The notes beneath the pieces were generated by a model, which saw only the letters and a program-made list of their open reading frames with translations, made no database searches and was not told the origin of the DNA. Shown here piece after piece: positions 7,402 through 14,490 of a stretch of 24,000 bases of DNA. A program made the position numbers and the translations under genes. The DNA is from Roseobacter phage DSS3P8, in the sequence record KT870145.1, one strand, 5' to 3'. The stretch's first letter is position 1, and each line of letters begins with the position of its first letter.

Positions 7402-7487
7402 ACGGCGCGGTCGCGTTGAAACTCCGGTGGAACTAAGGGGTCGTGCCCGGAATGCCTTAGGAGTGTAGAAACGCGGTCGTGGTGTAA
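7402..7487 (+). ncRNA. Rod-like structured RNA element
   Basis: Nested helices CACCACG/CGTGGTG, CGCGTT/AACGCG, ACTCC/GGAGT and CTAAGG/CCTTAG in colinear order. Confidence 0.45.
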
Positions 7488-7711
7488 CCAAACCAGATCA
7501 AACGCGTCACGAGCGGGAGGTCTGGGTCAATCAGTGGGCTGCAACTGCCAACCCGAAAGGGAGGTGGGGGACACAAAGCGTCGCCCTGACAAAGCGCAGC
7601 ACAATTCAGATAGCGCGGGGAAGAACCGCGTGAACAAGGGACGGGGATCAACGTGAGGGGTACACCCGAGCGCCCGTTCCGCCCAAGTTTCGGCTGAAAA
7701 GCCGTCCGACT

Positions 7712-7787
7712 TGCGGGATAGAGCAGAGGTCAGCTCGCCATCCTCATAAGGTGGAGGTCGTCGGTTCGAATCCGGCTCCCGCAACCA
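7712..7787 (+). tRNA. tRNA-Met (CAU), initiator-like D arm
   Basis: TGCGGGA..TCCCGCA, D arm GAGC-AGAGGTCA-GCTC (A11:U24), CCATC-CTCATAA-GGTGG, GTCGG-TTCGAAT-CCGGC, ACCA. Confidence 0.88.
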
Positions 7788-7791
7788 ATAC

Positions 7792-7863
7792 CTCGATATA
7801 GTGTAAGGGAACAAACACCGGCGCATAAGTCGGAGGAGTCCGGTTCGAGTCCGGCTGTCGAGG
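7792..7863 (+). tRNA. Degenerate tRNA-like element without CCA (possible CAU in a 6-nt loop)
   Basis: CTCGATA..TGTCGAG acceptor, GTGT..ACAC D stem, CCGGC-GCATAA-GTCGG, GGTTCGAGTCC T loop. Confidence 0.45.
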
Positions 7864-7872
7864 TTATCATAT

Positions 7873-7930
7873 CGCCGCGTGGTCCAAGGGGGTCAGTGCA
7901 CCACAGGTTCAACTCCTGTCGCGGCGTCCA
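7873..7930 (+). tRNA. 58-nt mini tRNA-like gene lacking a normal anticodon arm
   Basis: CGCCGCG..CGCGGCG acceptor, ACAGG-TTCAACT-CCTGT T arm, TCCA end, but only ~23 nt between acceptor and T arm. Confidence 0.6.
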
Positions 7931-7934
7931 TTAT

Positions 7935-8905
7935 CGTCATGCAACTGACGCGGGCGACCGGGAGTGGGAGCATTGCTCGACCATAACGGTACAACTGCCC
8001 AAATATTCACTGTGTCACAGAAAGTGGCTTGACAATGTCAGCCTGCGTGACTAAGTGTACGAAATGCCTTCGGGCATAGGGCCGTATGAGGTCCTTGAGG
8101 ATAGCTTCGGGTAACCGGGGCAAAAGGCTCTCTCCCAACGGGGGCCACTGAGAAATCAGCCCATTCATGCAAGCCTAGATCGTCGTCGCCGGGTAACCGT
8201 AGCGTCGAGCGGACCTCCCTAAGGTTCGATAGGTGGTAAATCTGGGTGCAAGGTCCGAAAGGATAAGGGAAGCCTCAAAAGGGCGGATCGAATGGGTTTG
8301 GCGACTCAACCATGCACATGCCAACCGGATGAACACCAATGATCAATAGGTAGACCGAAGTTCGACCGTTCGCGCGGAAGGGCAGTTGGTCAGTGCAAAC
8401 GAAGCAGGCCCGACAAGGGCCGAAAACGTGAAGCATCGTGGAGTAGCTCGCAAGGCGAAAGACATTGAGGTGTGTTGTATTCTGGGCCTAACAAGGTTTG
8501 GAGCGACCGTGCCAGCACGTCTCTGGGAAAACACAATGCCTGCAAGGGCGTTTGATTTAGGATCAAATCTAGTGAAGCAAAAGACTGGCACGGTGCCGTG
8601 AGAAAGGTGGTTAATTCCGGAGGGCTTGCCCAATCCGGAGCGCAGTAGGCCGCAAGCTGAATGCGTTCGTTCAAGACCAAGACGTAGACCCTTAGCGGGG
8701 TCGAGCTGCTCGCAAGGCAGGCGTGGCGAGAAAGGATGAGTATCACGGCGCGACATGGGAACAGCCTCCCATTCAAAAAGGCACCGCTGATGGAATACGT
8801 GGAGAGGGTCAAACCGCCACGTGGATACGGCCCAACGAAGCTCGCAAGGCTCCGGTACAGGCATCCAAAGGTCCATCGGTCTCGGGCATAATCTCAGCCC
8901 ATGAC
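7935..8905 (+). ncRNA. Candidate giant structured RNA (GOLLD/ROOL-like)
   Basis: ~0.95 kb without a convincing ORF, between tRNAs. Helices include ATGCC-TTCG-GGCAT, ACCGTGCCAG/CTGGCACGGT enclosing GATTT..AAATC, and TCCGGA-GGGC..GCCC-TCCGGA, plus many purine-rich junctions (GCAAGG, CGAAAG, GGGAAAAC). Size and context match ornate phage RNAs; not verified by alignment. Confidence 0.55.
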
Positions 8906-8917
8906 AACGCTAACTAC

Positions 8918-8991
8918 GCCCCGGTCGTCTAATTGAGGACGTTTCCCTTGGGGGGAAAAGATGCAGGTATCAAGCCCTGCCTGAGGCTCCA
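8918..8991 (+). tRNA. tRNA-Pro-like (UGG)
   Basis: GCCCCGG..CTGAGGC (one mismatch), TTTCC-CTTGGGG-GGAAA, 8-nt T loop GCAGG-TATCAAGC-CCTGC, TCCA. Confidence 0.65.
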
Positions 8992-9084
8992 ATAACCGAG
9001 TTTCACCATGAGACCATTCGTCAAACATGAGTACCGCACGGGAAAATAATGGCGGGCGAGTGATCTCTTGGTGGCACTTGTGCC

Positions 9085-9420
9085 ACAAAGACGCACGTAT
9101 ATCTTCAGACTTGAAGACACTTCTGGACTCGGGGGCGGTACCCGACGGCTCCACCATGAACCATCGACGTGTGACAGTACGCCACGCCCGTTCACACCGG
9201 GCAACGGAAGAGGCTCGGGTCCCCATGGCGGGGATACCGGGTGCTGGTCGATGGTTTTTGATGGGGTCGAAATAGGATCGACAGGGTGAATAGGGAAAGA
9301 GGCGTGTCGACAGATGTCCCATCGTATCGGGCATAAAATTGTAAGTGCAAACATCAACAACGCACCTATGGAGATGGCAATCGCTGCCTGAGCCTAACGG
9401 CTCTAGCGAACGCTAGTCTT
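9085..9420 (+). ncRNA. ssrA: tmRNA, circularly permuted two-piece (alphaproteobacterial type); ends approximate
   Basis: Acceptor piece ends TCGGG-GGCGGTA-CCCGA-CGGCTCC-ACCA (9129-9156). Coding piece starts GGGGTCGAAATAGGATCGACAGGG (9263); GGGGTCG pairs with CGGCTCC over 7 bp. Spacer closed by AACCATCGAC/GTCGATGGTT. Resume site GTAAGTGCAAAC; tag GCA AAC ATC AAC AAC GCA CCT ATG GAG ATG GCA ATC GCT GCC TGA (9347-9391); then GAGCC-TAAC-GGCTC and TAGCG-AA-CGCTA hairpins. Confidence 0.9.
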
Positions 9421-9956
9421 TACTGGGGTTCGCCGGGTTCCTTGCAACAGAATACCCGTGCACCAATTCAGATTTGGACCGACCCTTCCGGTAGCTCGGG
9501 AGGTGTTCTTGTCCAGAGGGGGCGCTGCACCTGAACCGCAGCCGCATACCCAGATGCGAGAGGGATCGCTCCTACTGGACCAATTCAAATACACCGACCT
9601 GTAATCAACGACGGGTTGGATGTCCGAGCATCTGACGGGCTTGCAGGTGTGAGGTGATGGGTGACAGCTTCCCACAATTGCTGCTCTTGCCCCGTGGAAC
9701 GCCGATCAAACCCGACACAACGAAATGGTGTCTCCGGAAGACGGTAACCGGACCTAATTCCTCTGACGGGTCTCGCTGCTGACCTCATGTTTGAAACCGC
9801 CTGCAACTGGCTTACGCCGCACGGGTTATCCGCAGTGCCGCCAAGCCGACCGCATGATTGCGGCCTAGAAAGCAGAAAACACGAGCTGACGGTTCCGCGC
9901 ATGGTCCTGAATAGTTAGAACCGCGCACCTCTTTCACCCGACGAAAGGAGACTGCA

Positions 9957-10970
9957 ATGACCACTGAAATCTTCCGCTGCGTCGCTGGCTCCCGCCTGTT
10001 CGGGACCGCAATCTCGCAGTCCGACACCGACTACAAAGCGGTGTTCATCCCTTCTGCACGTGACATCCTCATGGGGAACACGATGCAGGCCAAACAGACA
10101 TCCACAGGAGACAACAAAGCCGCTAACGCGGCCATTGACGTCGACTGTACCTCTTTCTCGCTGCAGCGCTATCTCAGCCTGCTTGGAAAGATGGAAACCA
10201 ACGCCATTGAAATGCTCTACGCCCCCAACTTGGTGGACGACTGGGCAGCAGCGCCGATGAAGATGATCTACAATGATCGCTTCAAAATTATGACCGACAA
10301 CAAGGACTCCTTCGTGGGGTTCGGGAAGTCGCAGGCGATGCGTTATGCTGTACGCGGGGAACGGCTCGACACGCTGGTCGCTGTCGTCGCACGGCTCAAG
10401 GAAATGGACCCACACCGCCCAATTGCACAGCAGCTCGGCGGGACGGATAAGTTCTGGATGCCAGACGCGATCCCCAACCTCGTCATCTACGACAAGCGCG
10501 ACGAGGTCCGTGATCCAGCGAGCGGGCGGCGCGACAGCACTCCATACATGAGCATCTTCGGACGGGAAGTACCGCTGACAGCGAAGCCCGGTGAAGCCAT
10601 CAAGGTGTACCAGAAGCCCATCGACGAGGCAGGAAAGCGCACCAAGGCGTCAGCCGCCACAGGTGGGCCGGACTGGAAGGGCCTGTACCACGCGCAGCGC
10701 ATCGTTGACGAAGGTATCGAGCTGTTCTCCACAGGGGAGCTTTTGTTCCCCTGCCAGAACAAGGACGCGTACATCGCGATCCGGACTGGACAGATGGAAC
10801 TGGAAGACGTGCTGCTGCAGTTCGAGGACTCCTTGGCACAGCTTGAAGAATTGACTCCTATCCGGGAATTCCGGGAAGGCACAGATGAAGACTGGGGCAA
10901 CGAGCTTGTCATGGCCTTCCACGAACAGAAGGTTGTCGACGCGTACCACGTTTGGCGCGAGGCGACCTAA
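9957..10970 (+). CDS. Predicted nucleotidyltransferase (COG3541-like)
   Basis: N-terminal GSRLFGTAISQSDTDYKAVFI fits the GSxxxGxxxxxSDxD nucleotidyltransferase motif; GAAAGGAG upstream. Confidence 0.8.
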   Translation: MTTEIFRCVAGSRLFGTAISQSDTDYKAVFIPSARDILMGNTMQAKQTSTGDNKAANAAIDVDCTSFSLQRYLSLLGKMETNAIEMLYAPNLVDDWAAAPMKMIYNDRFKIMTDNKDSFVGFGKSQAMRYAVRGERLDTLVAVVARLKEMDPHRPIAQQLGGTDKFWMPDAIPNLVIYDKRDEVRDPASGRRDSTPYMSIFGREVPLTAKPGEAIKVYQKPIDEAGKRTKASAATGGPDWKGLYHAQRIVDEGIELFSTGELLFPCQNKDAYIAIRTGQMELEDVLLQFEDSLAQLEELTPIREFREGTDEDWGNELVMAFHEQKVVDAYHVWREAT

Positions 10971-11148
10971 ACGACCTCTTGCATCCTCTAAAACAACTGC
11001 AATCCCTGCCGAACAGACAAGCCCGGTCACCCAGAGGTCACCCGGCGAGAGGAATAGGATGGGGGCCAGACCAAGGCTTAGGCGGGGTACCTCACCATCC
11101 CGGATATTGGTCAAGTGAGGATCATGGGGACCTTATGGTCCCCATCAT

Positions 11149-11235
11149 GGGAGGGTTCAGCCACAGGTCGTGGTAGGTGGGTTGTAACCCCACTCCGGGT
11201 TTCCGGGCGCAGTTCGATTCTGCACTCTCCCACCA
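11149..11235 (+). tRNA. tRNA-Tyr (GUA), class II
   Basis: GGGAGGG..CTCTCCC, GTGGG-TTGTAAC-CCCAC, long variable arm CCGG-GTTT-CCGG, GCAG-TTCGATT-CTGC, ACCA. Confidence 0.8.
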
Positions 11236-11361
11236 TATTCCTATCATCCGCCGAAGCAGCTCACGCCTGTTCCCGTTAAACCCGGTTAGGCTACGCAGGC
11301 TCCTTCAATGGGAATACCGGGTTCGCCCTCGGCGGATGTTACGAGTGTGGTTTAGAATTCA

Positions 11362-11423
11362 GGGCCGGTGAGCTTGGGATAGCATGTGTACAATTGCGGG
11401 TTCGATTCCCGTCCGGTCCACCA
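11362..11423 (+). tRNA. 62-nt mini tRNA-like gene lacking a normal anticodon arm
   Basis: GGGCCGG..CCGGTCC acceptor, GCGGG-TTCGATT-CCCGT T arm, ACCA; only 27 nt separate acceptor and T arm. Confidence 0.6.
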
Positions 11424-11428
11424 TATTT

Positions 11429-11515
11429 TGGCGAGTGGCGAAATGGTAAACGTACGGGTTCGCTACCCGGAGCAGGTTGTCCCTGTTGGTGGTTCAAGTC
11501 CACCCTCGCCGACCA
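11429..11515 (+). tRNA. Class II tRNA with apparent CGC anticodon
   Basis: TGGCGAG..CTCGCCG, Leu-like D arm GCG-AAATGGTAAA-CGT, CGGG-TTCGCTA-CCCG, long variable arm, GGTGG-TTCAAGT-CCACC, ACCA. Confidence 0.72.
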
Positions 11516-11518
11516 TAT

Positions 11519-11602
11519 TGGGGGTATAGCACTTGGCGGTGTGGGTTCTGCGCAAGACCCGATGCATACGCGTCTTAGGCTCGATTCCTTTGCCCCCATC
11601 CA
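11519..11602 (+). tRNA. Degenerate class II tRNA-like element
   Basis: TGGGGGT..GCCCCCA acceptor, TGGGT/ACCCG stem with 10-nt loop TCTGCGCAAG, variable arm GATGC-ATAC-GCGTC, CTCGATT T loop, TCCA. Confidence 0.5.
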
Positions 11603-11676
11603 AACCACCCGAATGTCACGCAAACTTGCATGATATTAAAAAATGTGGCATAGTCCACGACAAAATTGAGGCCCAA

Positions 11677-12051
11677 ATGCCATACAGTGTCGACACCCTT
11701 TCATATTTCGTTATCGACGGTGACGAGACCAATGCAGGAGCGCGGGCTTTCCTTCGCGACACGCATATGGTCGTGATCGATGGTGCCGAAGTCGGTACAG
11801 CAGGGCTGCGCCAGTTCCTCAAGGACTCACGTTTTCGGATTATTTCCGGTGGCCCGAGCAAGCAGGCATACGAAAGCATCCTCTACACATCCATGTTTGC
11901 CATCACAGGCCGCGGAAGTATTGGGGAATGTTCCCTCGCGCAGCATGCGGTGTTCGCTATCGAAGGAAATTCACCCGCAGGCGGACCACTTCCGGTCCGC
12001 TCCACATCATTCTTTACAATTGAGGACGTTCCTCAGGAGGCCGCACCATGA
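11677..12051 (+). CDS. Hypothetical protein
   Basis: MPYSVDTLSYFVIDGDETNAGARAFLRDTHMVVIDG...; repeated F/VVIDG and ISG/ITG segments; stop overlaps the next start. Confidence 0.75.
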   Translation: MPYSVDTLSYFVIDGDETNAGARAFLRDTHMVVIDGAEVGTAGLRQFLKDSRFRIISGGPSKQAYESILYTSMFAITGRGSIGECSLAQHAVFAIEGNSPAGGPLPVRSTSFFTIEDVPQEAAP

Positions 12052-13013
12052 GCATTCTTCGCATCGTCACCGGACCAGCAGACGTTGGCGTTGGCGGGTA
12101 CATCTGGGACACCATCACGGGGGGCGTATTCGATAATAAGCGCGTCGAGGGAGCCTTCAAGATTGGCATCGGGGCCGCGCTTTCTGTTACAAATGATGCT
12201 CCTTCTGGCACCGAGACGTGGTATCACTTTCGGTACGCTCAGAATGAGAACACCGACATCAACCTCGACTCTCGCTGTGTCATCATCAAGGATGTGAACA
12301 GCAACGACATCGCGTATATCGATGTTGTGGATGCAAAGCTCCGGATGACCGCCGTCGGTGACACATCATCTGCGACCGGAACCCAGTCAATTGCAGAATT
12401 CACGGCGTACTCAATCGACCTCCACGTGATCGTTTCGTCGACAGTCACAGTGCGCTGGTACATCAATGGTGCTCTCTATGGGGAGCAGACTGTAGCAAAC
12501 GTAGGGACAACCACTCGTGGCGTGGCGCGCAGCATCACCTTCCAGTGGACTGACTCAGCAGATCAGATGTATATGTCAGAACTGATCATCGCGGACGAGG
12601 ATACACGTGGTATGCGTGTTCGGGAACTCCGCCCGAAGTCCTTCGGCATCTTTCAGGAATGGGATGGGTCCATCAGCGCTCTGCGGGACACTGACCTTGC
12701 AACAGGCATCTCAACAGCCGTCGCAGATCGTCGCGTCAGCTTCGGTATCACGAACATCGAGAATGTACAGCCGGGGGACGTAATCAACCGCGTCGTCGCG
12801 CAGACATTCGCGCAGAAGGGTGAGACGGGGCTGTCCGCGTTCAACCACTTCTTCCGGCATAAGAATGGCAACGTCTCAGACGGATCAGACCAGACGCTTT
12901 CGGTTCTCGGCGGGTTCTTCCTTGAAGAGTTTACCACAAATCCGGACACGGCTGCGGCTTGGCAGCCCGAGGATTTCTCGTCCCTGCAGTCAGGCGTACG
13001 CTCCCGCCCATAA
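12048..13013 (+). CDS. Probable phage structural/beta-sandwich protein
   Basis: ATGA overlap with the upstream ORF; pattern (TWYHFRYAQNENTDINLDSR...VTVRWYINGALYGEQ...) resembles a concanavalin-like beta-sandwich. Inference from pattern only. Confidence 0.7.
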   Translation: MSILRIVTGPADVGVGGYIWDTITGGVFDNKRVEGAFKIGIGAALSVTNDAPSGTETWYHFRYAQNENTDINLDSRCVIIKDVNSNDIAYIDVVDAKLRMTAVGDTSSATGTQSIAEFTAYSIDLHVIVSSTVTVRWYINGALYGEQTVANVGTTTRGVARSITFQWTDSADQMYMSELIIADEDTRGMRVRELRPKSFGIFQEWDGSISALRDTDLATGISTAVADRRVSFGITNIENVQPGDVINRVVAQTFAQKGETGLSAFNHFFRHKNGNVSDGSDQTLSVLGGFFLEEFTTNPDTAAAWQPEDFSSLQSGVRSRP

Positions 13014-13014
13014 G

Positions 13015-13075
13015 TCATTTTTTCTGACCGTTGTGTCATTGTGCTTGACATTGCTTGCAAGCTTTGTCATTGATA
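13015..13075 (+). promoter_or_regulatory. Promoter module type 2, copy 1
   Basis: TTTCTGACCGTTGTGTCATTGTGCTTGACATTGCTTGCAAGCTTTGTCATTGATACTGACA. Confidence 0.6.
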
Positions 13076-13102
13076 CTGACACAACGGAAAGAAAGAGGCC
13101 TC

Positions 13103-13732
13103 ATGGGAAAGCGCTCAGACTTCGAACGCGTCGAACGCGATTACTACCAGACGCCGATTGAGGCCACAAAGCCTCTTCTCCCTTTCCTTCCGAACGGTAA
13201 GTTCACCTTCGCCGAGCCGTGTGCTGGCGACGGGCGTCTTGTCCGCCACGTGCGCCAGTTGACCAATAATCGGGCACAGTGCTTGGCTGCGACAGACATT
13301 GAACCCGACGCTGATTGGGTGAGCGAATTCGATGCGCTGCAGGTTGGAGAAGAATACCTCCGCGGCGTTGACATGATCATCACCAACCCGCCATGGGACC
13401 GGCGCAAGAGCAGTGGGTACATCCTTCATCGGATGATCACGATTTTCTCGGACAAGCGGCCTACATGGCTCCTGTTCGATAGCGACTGGGTCCAGACGGT
13501 TCAGGCGCGCCCTTACATGGATCGCCTCGTGGCGACGGTGTCTATCGGGCGCGTAAAGTGGATCGAAGGATCAACCATGACGGGCAAGGATAACTGCCAG
13601 TGGCACTTGTTCCACAAGGATGCGAGGTCGATCACACCAGCACCTGTCATGTTCGGACGTAATGTACCGCCGTACGACGGGTTCGTTGAGAGCTACAACG
13701 CGGCGGCACCAGAGGTAAGGATCGCAGCATGA
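13103..13732 (+). CDS. DNA adenine-methyltransferase-like protein
   Basis: FAEPCAGDGRLVRHV (AdoMet motif-like) and MIITNPPWDRR (NPPW catalytic motif). Confidence 0.75.
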   Translation: MGKRSDFERVERDYYQTPIEATKPLLPFLPNGKFTFAEPCAGDGRLVRHVRQLTNNRAQCLAATDIEPDADWVSEFDALQVGEEYLRGVDMIITNPPWDRRKSSGYILHRMITIFSDKRPTWLLFDSDWVQTVQARPYMDRLVATVSIGRVKWIEGSTMTGKDNCQWHLFHKDARSITPAPVMFGRNVPPYDGFVESYNAAAPEVRIAA

Positions 13733-13908
13733 TCATCGATGATCGCGACTGGTCTGTAGACCACAACGGCTCTGAGGTGCTGTTCATGTTCGACGCTAAC
13801 GCGTCAGAGACATTCGACCCGACAGACGCTGTCGAGGTTGTGATTGTCGGGGGTTTGTTCAAGAAGCTCTCCCCCGGAGACAAGATTACGTTCACCTTCA
13901 ACGGGTGA
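13729..13908 (+). CDS. Small hypothetical protein (59 aa)
   Basis: MIIDDRDWSVDHNGSEVLFMFDANASETFDPTDAVEVVIVGGLFKKLSPGDKITFTFNG*; ATGA overlap with the MTase-like gene. Confidence 0.65.
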   Translation: MIIDDRDWSVDHNGSEVLFMFDANASETFDPTDAVEVVIVGGLFKKLSPGDKITFTFNG

Positions 13909-13912
13909 ATGT

Positions 13913-13988
13913 GCCCGGTTAGCTCAGCGGTAGAGCTTCGCCTTTACACGGCGAGTAAGCGGCGGTTCGATCCCGCCACTGGGTACCA
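13913..13988 (+). tRNA. tRNA-Val (UAC)
   Basis: GCCCGGT..ACTGGGT, TCGCC-TTTACAC-GGCGA, GCGG-TTCGATC-CCGC, ACCA. Confidence 0.9.
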
Positions 13989-14021
13989 ACAACCGACCAA
14001 TGCAGTTGCAAAGGTCATCAT

Positions 14022-14096
14022 AGGGGTGAAGGAAACCGGTAATCCACGGGCCTCCAAAACCTTGAGAACGGGGTTCGATTCCCCGCACCCCTGCCA
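14022..14096 (+). tRNA. tRNA-Trp (CCA), irregular anticodon stem
   Basis: AGGGGTG..CACCCCT, GGA..TCC D stem, loop CTCCAAA, CGGGG-TTCGATT-CCCCG, GCCA. Confidence 0.78.
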
Positions 14097-14101
14097 ATAA
14101 C

Positions 14102-14176
14102 GGTCCCTTAGCTCAGCGGTAGAGCGTCTGGTCGACATCCAGAAGGTCACTGGTTCAATCCCAGTAGGGTCCACCA
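14102..14176 (+). tRNA. tRNA-Val (GAC)
   Basis: GGTCCCT..AGGGTCC, TCTGG-TCGACAT-CCAGA, ACTGG-TTCAATC-CCAGT, ACCA. Confidence 0.9.
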
Positions 14177-14232
14177 ACACGGGAGTAGGCAATAAACTGA
14201 AATGCGGACTTTGCCAGCCGCAACCCAATAAG

Positions 14233-14307
14233 ATCGGTCTCCCGTGGAAGGCATGGGCCTCAGAAATGAGTGGCTAAGTTCAGGTTCGACTCCTGACGCC
14301 GATACCA
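14233..14307 (+). tRNA. tRNA-like, anticodon arm non-canonical (CTCA-GAAA-TGAG)
   Basis: ATCGGTC..CGCCGAT, CCGT..ATGG D stem, TCAGG-TTCGACT-CCTGA, ACCA; no readable anticodon. Confidence 0.55.
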
Positions 14308-14313
14308 ATTTAC

Positions 14314-14389
14314 GGGCTGTTAGCTCATCTGGGAGAGCGCCTGCCTTGCAAGCAGGAGGTGGCGAGTTCGAGACTCGCACGGTCCACCA
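14314..14389 (+). tRNA. tRNA-Ala (UGC)
   Basis: GGGCTGT..ACGGTCC, CCTGC-CTTGCAA-GCAGG, GCGAG-TTCGAGA-CTCGC, ACCA. Confidence 0.92.
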
Positions 14390-14398
14390 AATTACCAT

Positions 14399-14472
14399 GG
14401 GGCACGTACATGGGTGTCGGGCGATCCTTGCAAGATTGCTGTCTCGGGGTTCGATTCCCCGGTGCTCCACCA
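14399..14472 (+). tRNA. tRNA-Ala-like (UGC), second copy with small D arm
   Basis: GGGGCAC..GTGCTCC, CGATC-CTTGCAA-GATTG, CGGGG-TTCGATT-CCCCG, ACCA. Confidence 0.8.
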
Positions 14473-14490
14473 AACATGTAGGAGAGTGCT

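Noticed and set aside
8343-8876. 177-aa minus-strand ORF and overlapping frames across 8.3-8.9 kb
   Set aside because: No Shine-Dalgarno, no recognisable motif, several mutually overlapping frames of equal quality, and the strand is opposite to every supported gene. Better explained as GC-rich structured RNA.
7935-8905. RNase P RNA or self-splicing group I intron
   Set aside because: The conserved RNase P block (GGAAAGTCCG) and a coherent group I P7 core are not visible, and neighbouring tRNAs are not interrupted by the segment. An Rfam scan would settle this.
9421-9465. tRNA gene ending CCCGTGCACCA
   Set aside because: No matching T arm: CGGGT..ACCCG has a 15-nt loop and leaves only 3 nt before ACCA. 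The 7-nt complement of CCCGTGC is ~400 nt upstream, before the tmRNA.
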